A program made the translations under genes and the position numbers. A stretch of 48,440 nt of DNA, from IMG/VR virus record IMGVR_UViG_3300043499_000073; one strand, written 5' to 3'. Under the pieces are notes generated by a model. It saw only the letters and a program-made list of their open reading frames with translations, did no database searches and was not told the DNA's origin. The first letter of the stretch is position 1. The number at the start of each line of letters is the position of its first letter. The stretch comes from a virus. Below, in pieces: positions 1-7,345 of this stretch.

Positions 1-127
1 GCAACGCGGCCTGTTGTCGGACCGCATTGTTCTGCGCCATCGCCTTGTCCATGCGCTCTCGCGAGTACATGGCCGCGGCTTGTGTCGTCATATGCCCCTG
101 CTGCACTGACTGCTGCAGATCAGGGGG
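1..127. repeat. Terminal duplication, copy 1 (identical to 48314-48440)
   Basis: Both window ends compared base by base: 127/127 identical. The repeat lies inside the scaffold reading frame. Confidence 0.95.
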
Positions 128-652
128 AAGCGAGATGCCGAGGTACTCCTCGCAAAGTTTCATGTAGGGGCGCGTCCCCTCATAGAACTTCACGAAGTCA
201 CCGCGGCGCATCGCCGCCATCAGCTCAAGGCCAAACAGGAAATCGTCCTGACCGATATCGTTCTTGCGAAGATAATCGGTGACCTTGCGCGCCATATCAG
301 CGTCCGGCTCGAGCGCCTTCAGTCGCTGCACCTCGCCCGACAACTTCTGTCGTTGCGAATTGAGCTTCTTGATGCGCCGTTGCGCGGCTTTGGAAAGCTT
401 GGCTAGTTCGTCAGGTGTCGGCTCTTCCGACAATTCGGGTTCGCGTTCGGACTTCCTTGCGACTTGGGATGGCGGATCCCCCTTTGAGCCGTCGGTGTCT
501 GAGTAGTCGTCATCCTGTCGCAGCTCAGGCACTGCGCTCTGGATGGCGTCTAGAAGACTACCGCCGGTATCGCCGGCGTCCGTACCTGGCGAAGGTACCT
601 GCTCGATCGACGGCACTACCTCGGCGGGTAGTTGCTTGTCGTCATCTGCCAT
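1..652 (-). CDS. Scaffolding-like protein, N-terminal ~217 codons; the gene wraps the window edge and continues at 48313..47928 (345 aa in total)
   Basis: Absent from the ORF track because there is no stop before the left edge. ATG at 652-650 is preceded by GGGGGAATTAAGT. Translation starts MADDDKQLPAEVVPSIEQ, with an acidic N-terminus followed by KLSKAAQRRIKKLNSQRQKLSGEVQRLKALE. It runs in frame through the 127-bp overlap into track ORF 47928..48419. It sits between the portal and capsid genes. Confidence 0.8.
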   Translation of the reverse strand, partial: MADDDKQLPAEVVPSIEQVPSPGTDAGDTGGSLLDAIQSAVPELRQDDDYSDTDGSKGDPPSQVARKSEREPELSEEPTPDELAKLSKAAQRRIKKLNSQRQKLSGEVQRLKALEPDADMARKVTDYLRKNDIGQDDFLFGLELMAAMRRGDFVKFYEGTRPYMKLCEEYLGISLPPDLQQSVQQGHMTTQAAAMYSRERMDKAMAQNNAVRQQAAL

Positions 653-665
653 ACTTAATTCCCCC

Positions 666-681
666 GGTGCCGATCGGCACC
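666..681 (-). promoter_or_regulatory. Perfect 16-bp palindrome GGTGCCGATCGGCACC (6-bp stem hairpin) between portal stop and scaffold ribosome-binding site
   Basis: Self-complementary on reading. It directly abuts the GGGGG Shine-Dalgarno-like run of the scaffold gene. No U tract follows. Confidence 0.3.
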
Positions 682-718
682 TTCAAGCGATCATTACGTC
701 AATTCAGGTTGTTTGTCA

Positions 719-3304
719 TCAACCCGGCATGGTCGGCATCGTCACCTGCTGCGGCATCGGATGCGGCCGAGGCGGCGGCGCGCCTGACAGTGTCTGCTGC
801 GCATCAGGCGCCGACGGTGGCGGCGCCGCCTTGGCGCCGCCATCTGGCGCGTTGACGGCACCCTGCGGCCCCATAGCCGCGCCCGGTGCAGCGCCTGCAC
901 CGGCCGCGGTTGGGCCGGCGCTGCCAGACATAGCACCGTTCATCGCAACGATACTCGGCAGCGAGGACTTGAATGCCTCGGTCAGATCGAGCCGATCGTC
1001 GAGCCGGCGCAGCGTGTCCTTGGCCAGGAACTCCGGGTCGATGCCGGGAAGTTGAATGAGCAGCGGCATCAGCCGCTGGGCGTTGGCGATCTCCTGCGCC
1101 TGGTTGGGGCGGCCCATGGAGCCCGCCTCGATCTCGAGCAGGATCTCGTTGGCGATGTCCTGGGCGACTGGCTCGGCCGGCCACACCGCGCCCTGGCCGA
1201 CGATCTTCTTCACCCGGTCCTGGCTCATCTCGCGCATCAGTATCTGGCCACCGTTGCGCGCCAGCTGCGTCAGCAGGTCGTTGAGGTCGTCGATGTTGGA
1301 CCCCATCGATGTCATGCGGCTGCCTTCGGCAATCTGTGCCTGGGTCGCCGTGGTGTTGGAAGTACCACCCAGGTTGGCTTCCTGAATACCTGTCGTCCGC
1401 AGAATGTCTTCGTAGACGGGATTGACCTCGTACAAGTTCGGATCGATGCCGGGACCGGCGTAGGGCTGCAACAGTTGCTTCACATCCTGCTGCGGCTGCA
1501 GCGCGTTGAACTCGATCACCGCATTGGCTTCGCGGTTGGTCAGCTTCTCCATGTCCTCCTCGTCCATGGAGCCCGCCACTACCGCGGTGAACGGCCGGCC
1601 GGCGATCCGCTGCTCTTTCAGGCCCTCGCGGCAGCGGTTGTACTCGAGCTGCATGTCGCGCATTAACCTGACGTCGCTCGGCGGGAACAGCTCGTTCTCA
1701 TCCTCGATGCCATTGAAGATCAAGGCGTACCAGGGATAGAACCGCTCGTTGTAGATCTCCGGCGAGGCCGGCTCTTTCAGGAACTCGCGGTAGCCATCGC
1801 ACACCACATAAACCAAACCATCGTTCCTATTGTAGATCTCCCAGACAAGCGCGTTCGGCTCGCCGCGGTTCTTGTCTTTGTCCTTGGCGCTCATCCAGTC
1901 TTCCATCGCCTTGGATGGATCGGTGTCGGTGTCGCTGCCGTATTCGGTGCAGTGACCCCTAACATCTACGCCATAGATCTCTTCGATCTCGCTGACGGAT
2001 AGCAGATACTCCTCGGCGACCCAGCCGGCGGCGACCCAGTTGCGCAGATCGATGCACTTGATGTCCGGGATGATCCGGGTCGACAACGGGAAATCAAAGG
2101 TAAGCCCTTCCCGCACCACCGCGCCGCGCGCATTGGTTAGATCCTTCAGCAACAGCCGCAGCTGCTCGGCTTCCATGTCGCTGTCGTCGGTGATGGCGTC
2201 GGTGGCGTCGGCCGCCAGGCGCTCGAGGGTGGCCAGTCGCTCGTTGGCGTCGGCGATGCCCTTCTCCAGGTCGGGCCGCAGCTGCATCACCCGCTCGAAC
2301 CCGAGCTTCACATAGGCCACGCCGTTGGTGACGGCGCGCCGCACCGACATCTTCAGCATTGATTTGAACGGATGCGGCTGGTTGTCGACCTCGTAGGCGT
2401 AGAGCAGCTCGAGTGTCCGAGCGAGCTTGTCCATCATAATGTTCTCGGCTTTGACCCGAGCCGCATCCATCATGATGTCGATGCCGGAACCGACCGCCTG
2501 GGCGACCATCGGCGAGCCCGGCGGCACCATGCCGCCGGCGGCGGCACCGGCCGCAGCCTGGCCGAGCTGGTCGCCCAGCCCCTGCGGCTGCTGCATTTCG
2601 CCAGGGATCGGACCGGCGCCCATGCCGGGCATGGTGGCGCCGCCCAGCGCGGCGCCCACCTGGCCGGAGATCTGATTGATGTCGGGCGACGGCGCCATCG
2701 CCGGGCTGGGCGGCGGACCGCCGCCGGCCATCAGCATGCCGATGTCGGGCGGCTGCCCGGTTGCCATCGGCATCATGCCCTGGATCGCGTTGCCGGCCTG
2801 ACCCATCATTCCTGGCGGCATGCCGCCGGCCATCGGCCCCATGGCGCCAGTCGCCTGCGCCTGCTGCATCATCATGGCGGCAGACTGCATCAGCTGGTTC
2901 AGGGTGGTCTGGCTCTCGTCCCAGCTGGTGGCATTGAGCCGCGGCCGTTTTCTCGCGACGGCTTTTGGATTTTTGGCGTACAGAAACGCCGTCTTTTGCG
3001 CCACCAACCTGAGGGTGAGGTTGGCGACGTAACGCTTGTCCTTGGCTTCCTTGGACCACTGCTTGCCGAAGCAGAACTCTTGATCTTCCCGCATCCGGTC
3101 GAATGAAGGTTTCCAGTACCGCTTGGCCTTCTTGACCTTGGATGTCCAGTCGCGGACCAGGTTGCGGCGGCGGTCCGGCGGATCCGGGTTGGCGCGCGGG
3201 ATCGAGTTTGGCTTGCCGGTGGTCGGATTGATATCCGGCTCGCTGGATTTCTCGTCGAAGCCGGCAAACACACGCATCATGTCGTCTTGGAAGGCGTCTA
3301 CCAT
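719..3304 (-). CDS. Portal (head-tail connector) protein, 861 aa, with an internal Met/Gly/Pro-rich low-complexity insert and a Pro/Ala-rich C-terminal tail
   Basis: Largest head-module ORF. Its start overlaps the terL stop by 7 nt, and scaffold and capsid genes follow. The call rests on size and synteny; there is no catalytic motif to verify. Confidence 0.75.
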   Translation of the reverse strand: MVDAFQDDMMRVFAGFDEKSSEPDINPTTGKPNSIPRANPDPPDRRRNLVRDWTSKVKKAKRYWKPSFDRMREDQEFCFGKQWSKEAKDKRYVANLTLRLVAQKTAFLYAKNPKAVARKRPRLNATSWDESQTTLNQLMQSAAMMMQQAQATGAMGPMAGGMPPGMMGQAGNAIQGMMPMATGQPPDIGMLMAGGGPPPSPAMAPSPDINQISGQVGAALGGATMPGMGAGPIPGEMQQPQGLGDQLGQAAAGAAAGGMVPPGSPMVAQAVGSGIDIMMDAARVKAENIMMDKLARTLELLYAYEVDNQPHPFKSMLKMSVRRAVTNGVAYVKLGFERVMQLRPDLEKGIADANERLATLERLAADATDAITDDSDMEAEQLRLLLKDLTNARGAVVREGLTFDFPLSTRIIPDIKCIDLRNWVAAGWVAEEYLLSVSEIEEIYGVDVRGHCTEYGSDTDTDPSKAMEDWMSAKDKDKNRGEPNALVWEIYNRNDGLVYVVCDGYREFLKEPASPEIYNERFYPWYALIFNGIEDENELFPPSDVRLMRDMQLEYNRCREGLKEQRIAGRPFTAVVAGSMDEEDMEKLTNREANAVIEFNALQPQQDVKQLLQPYAGPGIDPNLYEVNPVYEDILRTTGIQEANLGGTSNTTATQAQIAEGSRMTSMGSNIDDLNDLLTQLARNGGQILMREMSQDRVKKIVGQGAVWPAEPVAQDIANEILLEIEAGSMGRPNQAQEIANAQRLMPLLIQLPGIDPEFLAKDTLRRLDDRLDLTEAFKSSLPSIVAMNGAMSGSAGPTAAGAGAAPGAAMGPQGAVNAPDGGAKAAPPPSAPDAQQTLSGAPPPRPHPMPQQVTMPTMPG

Positions 3305-4872
3305 CCTTGCAGGCCCCTCGCCCGAAGATCTCGACCCTCACGCCGGCGCGTGTTTGCAAACAGCTCGCGGTAGGTGCCGGTCAAGACTTCCGGCTCGACC
3401 TTCCTGCCGCGGGTTCGCCCGTGCATCTTCGACAGTCCTAGCCCAACCAGGCTCAAAGTGTCGACCACGTCGTCGTTACTGCCGTGCGGAAACTTCAGGA
3501 TTTGGTCCTGCATCTCCGACCATGAACGGATGAATCCTGGGAAGTGTACCATCTTCATGCTGGTGCGGGCCTGGATCGCCTGCGCGCGCTGCTGCTTGTC
3601 GGCCGCGGGATTGATCGGATCGATCGCACAGAACGCCTGCTTCTCGGCCATGCGCCGGCGCAGGAAGGGACCGAGGCTCTTGGTGATGGCGCCACCCTCG
3701 GCCCACCAGAACATCGGCTTATATTTCTTCATCAGCACGATCATGCTCTCGACCGCCTGATGCGAATCCAGCCGGTCCCAGACCATGTCCGGCATGATCC
3801 AGATGTTATCCTTCTCGTCGACGCCGACGATCATCAGACAGGTCTTGTCGGCGGACTTGGCTACCGACACCGCGTGGTCCGACGCCCCATAGAATCTAAG
3901 GGTATGAAACGCCGGGACGTCATCCATTTTATTGTAGGTGACCAGGTCGCTATCCTTGAAGAAGGCCCCATCCTTTGGCCCTGGACGGCCCTGATACAGC
4001 GCAGCAAATCCACGCGGATCGGTGGCACGAATATCCTCCAGATATTGCTTGGTGAACCGCTCCGGCCATAACGCTTCGCCGGGTTTGCGGCCGAGCACGT
4101 CGTTGTCTTCGGCTAGCGCCGGCAGATCAATCTTGCGCCAGGCTTTGGCTTCTTCGACGTTGTAGTACGGATTAAGCGGGTCGATAAGCCGGCCAACGAG
4201 ATCGTCTTCGGTCCACCGGGTTTGGACGATGACGATAGTGCCAGTCGAATCCATGAGGCGAGTTCGGAGGACTTGATTGTACCACTGCCACAGCTTCTCT
4301 CGAACGATGACTGAGTCAGCTTCAGTTCGATCCTTAATAGGGTCATCCAATAGGATGCAGTGGCCACCGCGGCCGGTGATCGAGGAACCGCGTCCCACAG
4401 AGAAGACCACGCCATCACGGGTGGTTTGGACTCGGTTGACAGCATTTGCTCCAACCTTGATCTCGACATCGGGGAAGACCTGCTTGTATTCTGGTGTCTC
4501 CATGATGTCGCGGACGCGACGACCCAAGTCCCAGGAGTAATGCTCATTATATGTTGCGACGATAATGCTCCTGTCGGGATGGCGACCAACGTACCAGGCG
4601 GGGAACATCGCACTTGCCAGAGTAGTCTTGCCAAATCTGGGTCCGACATTGATCATCAATCTCCGGTAGTCGCCGCGCTCGACCTCTTCAAGCGAGCGAC
4701 CGATCATGCGGTGGAACGGTTGTGGCTTGTACAGCGACTGCCCGACATCGTCATCGTAGTTGGGATCAGGCATCATCAATTCTGTAAACGCTATCAAATC
4801 ATCGCGGGCGATGAGGATTGCGCGTTTACGCTTCAGCAGTTTCCGTTGGACGTCCTTTTCAGAGTCCGTCAT
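3298..4872 (-). CDS. terL: Terminase large subunit, 524 aa
   Basis: Walker A GPRFGKTT and Walker B-like HCILLDDP are present. The C-terminal nuclease-type half ends DKQQRAQAIQARTSMKMVHFP, as in large terminases. The gene lies directly upstream of the portal. Confidence 0.9.
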   Translation of the reverse strand: MTDSEKDVQRKLLKRKRAILIARDDLIAFTELMMPDPNYDDDVGQSLYKPQPFHRMIGRSLEEVERGDYRRLMINVGPRFGKTTLASAMFPAWYVGRHPDRSIIVATYNEHYSWDLGRRVRDIMETPEYKQVFPDVEIKVGANAVNRVQTTRDGVVFSVGRGSSITGRGGHCILLDDPIKDRTEADSVIVREKLWQWYNQVLRTRLMDSTGTIVIVQTRWTEDDLVGRLIDPLNPYYNVEEAKAWRKIDLPALAEDNDVLGRKPGEALWPERFTKQYLEDIRATDPRGFAALYQGRPGPKDGAFFKDSDLVTYNKMDDVPAFHTLRFYGASDHAVSVAKSADKTCLMIVGVDEKDNIWIMPDMVWDRLDSHQAVESMIVLMKKYKPMFWWAEGGAITKSLGPFLRRRMAEKQAFCAIDPINPAADKQQRAQAIQARTSMKMVHFPGFIRSWSEMQDQILKFPHGSNDDVVDTLSLVGLGLSKMHGRTRGRKVEPEVLTGTYRELFANTRRREGRDLRARGLQGW

Positions 4873-5086
4873 CGGTGTGCTTATACTTCGCCGCCGGCAC
4901 GTCCGGCATCTTCTTGATCGACGCCTTCGGCTTGGAGCTGATCGTGCTCGGCTCGACCGGGGTCGGCTGCGGTCCCTTCACTGGCGAGGTGTGATGCGTG
5001 AAGTTGTCCTGGGTCTTAGACACTGGCGGCGGCTTGGCCACCGGCGGCGCCTTGATGTTCACAGTCTTACCGATCTTGGATGGCAT
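4859..5086 (-). CDS. Hypothetical Pro/Lys-rich 75-aa protein immediately upstream of terL
   Basis: Track ORF with AGGGGAACCTC before the ATG at 5086. Its 3' end overlaps the terL start by 14 nt. Composition is low-complexity and gives no basis for calling it a small terminase. Confidence 0.5.
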   Translation of the reverse strand: MPSKIGKTVNIKAPPVAKPPPVSKTQDNFTHHTSPVKGPQPTPVEPSTISSKPKASIKKMPDVPAAKYKHTDDGL

Positions 5087-5125
5087 GAGGTTCCCCTAGG
5101 TTGAAAATCCGAAAAAATTTTTGGG

Positions 5126-5287
5126 CTAGGTCGCGTCTTCGTCGTCGTCCTGCATCAGCACGCCGACACCGTTGACGGTGATCTGCAAGTCGACGCCGTC
5201 TGGCACGGTCAGTGCGATCTCGATCCGCGGCGTGAGCGGCTTGACGATGGGATTCTCGGGTGTGAACACATCCTGCGGCGGCTTCAT
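5126..5287 (-). CDS. Hypothetical 53-aa protein (short form of track ORF 5126..5368)
   Basis: The ATG at 5287 is preceded by AGGAGATAAC, a strong Shine-Dalgarno. The 80-aa long form would overlap the lipobox ORF out of frame. C-terminus is acidic (DDDEDAT). Confidence 0.55.
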   Translation of the reverse strand: MKPPQDVFTPENPIVKPLTPRIEIALTVPDGVDLQITVNGVGVLMQDDDEDAT

Positions 5288-5288
5288 G

Positions 5289-5465
5289 TTATCTCCTGAC
5301 TGTGCAGCGTTCCATCTGGATAAGGTTTCGCGCCAGTTGTCGGCAGGCGGTTTCGGCATTGATGGCATCGATCTCGTAGCGGGAATAAAACGGCGGTCGT
5401 TCGGTCACGGTGGTCACGATACAACCGGATAACAGGACGGCGAGCATGGCCAGGACGAGGATCAT
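5289..5465 (-). CDS. Small lipoprotein, 58 aa (o-spanin-like or Llp/Cor-like); below the ORF-track size cut-off
   Basis: Hand translation gives MILVLAMLAVLLSGCIVTTVTERPPFYSRYEIDAINAETACRQLARNLIQMERCTVRR. It has a hydrophobic leader ending in the lipobox L-S-G-C. Its ATG directly abuts the TAG of the upstream membrane-protein gene, and its TAA overlaps the RBS/ATG of the next gene. Confidence 0.65.
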   Translation of the reverse strand: MILVLAMLAVLLSGCIVTTVTERPPFYSRYEIDAINAETACRQLARNLIQMERCTVRR

Positions 5466-5669
5466 CTAGAGCCTCATTGGTGTCACCACACCCAACAGGC
5501 CGGCGATGATGTAGACGATGATCAACACCACGATGACGGTGATCAGCACTGACACCACAGTTCTAAACTGCGGCGGCATTGGCACCATGGGCAACAGGGC
5601 TTGCACCGCCCACAGGATGACGCCGAGCACCACCAGCAGCAGGACGATCGAGATCAGCGTACCGATCAT
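5466..5669 (-). CDS. Small membrane protein with two hydrophobic helices (holin-like), 67 aa
   Basis: Almost entirely hydrophobic: MIGTLISIVLLLVVLGVILWAV and VVSVLITVIVVLIIVYIIAGLLGVV are separated by PMVPMPPQFR. It is followed without a gap by the lipoprotein ORF. Confidence 0.6.
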   Translation of the reverse strand: MIGTLISIVLLLVVLGVILWAVQALLPMVPMPPQFRTVVSVLITVIVVLIIVYIIAGLLGVVTPMRL

Positions 5670-5678
5670 GCTAGCCCC

Positions 5679-6251
5679 CTAGCGTCGGCGCGGAATCACC
5701 TTCTGGCCGACGAATTGCGGCTCGATCATATACTTTGTTTCGTCAATGGTAATGGGGCCACCGGCACTAATCGGCGTGCCGTCCGGCACCGGCGGTGGGG
5801 CTTCACCCTCACCCTGTTCAAAGCCAATCTGATTATAGGTTGATTTGACATCATAGGCGCGGTTGAGCGCATCGGCGGCACCCATCCGCTCGACGAACAC
5901 ATTGAGCGGGCCTTGCAGTTCTGGGACAGCCGCACCGGCGGCAAAGTTGGCGACCAGGTCGGTGTCGGAGGTGAGGCTGAACGTATAAATCGGGTACATC
6001 GACGCGACCAGGCCGTTGATGTAGGTCCACTGCACGAAGTGCTTATCGACGTTTGGCGTGGCTTGCACCGTCACCGTGGCGCCGATCGGATAGACGCCGC
6101 CGCCGCTGGTCATGCCAGCGTCAGGCGGCGAGGCGATGGTTGAAAGGGTTCTGGTGGTCGCTTGCGGGTCGACAACAACGACAACCGGCGGCGGCGTTTC
6201 CGTCGCCACCGGGTGCGGCTCAAAGTCAGGATTTTTAGGCCAGTCGGTCAC
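5679..6251 (-). CDS. Hypothetical 190-aa protein with an InlB B-repeat-like beta domain
   Basis: GTG start in a GTGA overlap with the upstream stop. The segment GGGVYPIGATVTVQATPNVDKHFVQWTYINGLVASMYPIYTFSLTSDTDLVANF resembles the G-x-Y-x-G-x-V-T-L-x-A-x-P...F-x-x-W...A-x-F repeat fold. Confidence 0.5.
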   Translation of the reverse strand: MTDWPKNPDFEPHPVATETPPPVVVVVDPQATTRTLSTIASPPDAGMTSGGGVYPIGATVTVQATPNVDKHFVQWTYINGLVASMYPIYTFSLTSDTDLVANFAAGAAVPELQGPLNVFVERMGAADALNRAYDVKSTYNQIGFEQGEGEAPPPVPDGTPISAGGPITIDETKYMIEPQFVGQKVIPRRR

Positions 6252-6589
6252 TTATTCCTTCGCTCCGGGTCTTCCTCCACTGGCGGATTGGGCGCCTGCG
6301 GGTTGTCGGGCGGCTGGCCCATCGGGTCGATGCCGCTATGCTGCTTCTTGGCCAGTTCGACCGGATCGGACGTCTGACCCGGCGTGTCAGGGTGCTCCGG
6401 CTGGTCACCCGCAGTCCGCCGGTGTTGCTGTTCTTGGTGCTTGGTTGCAGTGCGGGGTTCGTCGTCGTCATCACTCGACTTCTTGGACATCTTAGATTTC
6501 CTCCGCTTTCGGGGTGTGGCCGGCTTCCTCCGCGCAGTCACCTTGCGCTTGCGCGCAACAACCGGGCGCTTTCGCTTGGCCTTCTTCAT
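6248..6589 (-). CDS. Polybasic/disordered 113-aa protein
   Basis: N-terminus is MKKAKRKRPVVARKRKVTARRKPATPRKRRKSK (19 K/R in the first 33 residues by my count), followed by SSDDDDE and a Pro/Gln-rich tail. Its stop is coupled (GTGA) to the next gene. Confidence 0.55.
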   Translation of the reverse strand: MKKAKRKRPVVARKRKVTARRKPATPRKRRKSKMSKKSSDDDDEPRTATKHQEQQHRRTAGDQPEHPDTPGQTSDPVELAKKQHSGIDPMGQPPDNPQAPNPPVEEDPERRNK

Positions 6590-6617
6590 AACAGCACATG
6601 CTCCGTATCGTTGCAGC

Positions 6618-6830
6618 TCATTTTGCTTTTTCGCTAATGGGCTGGCAGGACTTAGCTAATTCGGCGATTAAGCTGTCGCGCCGCTCCGACGCAGATGAAA
6701 TATGGTAGAGCGTAAAAAACACCACGCCAAGGCAGACGATGTTGATGATGACGAGCGGCAACGCCAGCGGTCCCGCGGCCGCCAATCCCTTAGCAACCTC
6801 GCCCGCCACCTTGCCGGTGTACTCAATCAC
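6618..6830 (-). CDS. Single-pass membrane protein, 70 aa (holin or spanin-like candidate)
   Basis: GTG start in a GTGA overlap. One hydrophobic helix, LALPLVIINIVCLGVVFFTLY, is followed by a charged amphipathic tail SERRDSLIAELAKS. Confidence 0.55.
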   Translation of the reverse strand: MIEYTGKVAGEVAKGLAAAGPLALPLVIINIVCLGVVFFTLYHISSASERRDSLIAELAKSCQPISEKAK

Positions 6831-7345
6831 TTTTTCCTGGCTTCCAGCGCCTTGACGCGCTTCTCCAAAGCATCGAGCCGCTCGTCCGGCGATATATACA
6901 CCGGCAGCGGCGGCGGATCCGACAGCGTGTTGGTCTTCGGATCGTAGGTCTTGCCGCCGAAATCCTTCTGCGGATCGTCGCCGGTGTAGCCGGTAATCTC
7001 GATCACCCGCTGATTGATCGAGTGGATCGCGGTCGGATCGTAGGTGGCGGCGCCGACGATACTCCGATTGAAATGTGGGTGGTGGTAAATGTTGCAGACC
7101 ACGCTGCCAGGCTTGAAGTTCGGCACCGGCTTCGGCCTGTCATCGACCAGCAACGCGCCGGTGGTCGGGTGATAGGTCGACGGTTTCGGCGGCTGCATCA
7201 GTAGGAAGTTGGGCCGGACGTAGTCGTACCAATCAACCAGGTCGGCCTGGCGCCTGGCATAGACGGCGCCGCGCGGCGCATCCTTCTGCGGCTGCACCGG
7301 CTGGTATTTGACCCACACGCCGTGGTCGATGATTTCCATGGTCAT
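6827..7345 (-). CDS. Hypothetical 172-aa protein downstream of a fibre gene (possible fibre accessory or assembly factor)
   Basis: Track ORF coupled at both ends. C-terminal coiled-coil-like DERLDALEKRVKALEARKK. Function is inferred from position only. Confidence 0.5.
   Translation of the reverse strand: MTMEIIDHGVWVKYQPVQPQKDAPRGAVYARRQADLVDWYDYVRPNFLLMQPPKPSTYHPTTGALLVDDRPKPVPNFKPGSVVCNIYHHPHFNRSIVGAATYDPTAIHSINQRVIEITGYTGDDPQKDFGGKTYDPKTNTLSDPPPLPVYISPDERLDALEKRVKALEARKK

Noticed and set aside
1-127. The 127-bp end repeat as the physical direct terminal repeat of the virion DNA
   Set aside because: It lies inside the scaffold coding frame and has the look of an assembler overlap. Real termini need read-start evidence.
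2094-3359. 421-aa alternative-frame ORF inside the portal gene
   Set aside because: Same strand but out of frame with the portal. The product is extremely Arg/His/Gly-rich, and it bridges the terL/portal junction without its own start signals.
5126-5368. 80-aa form of the track ORF
   Set aside because: Its N-terminal 27 codons overlap the lipobox ORF out of frame and lack an RBS. The internal ATG at 5287 has AGGAGA 4 nt upstream.
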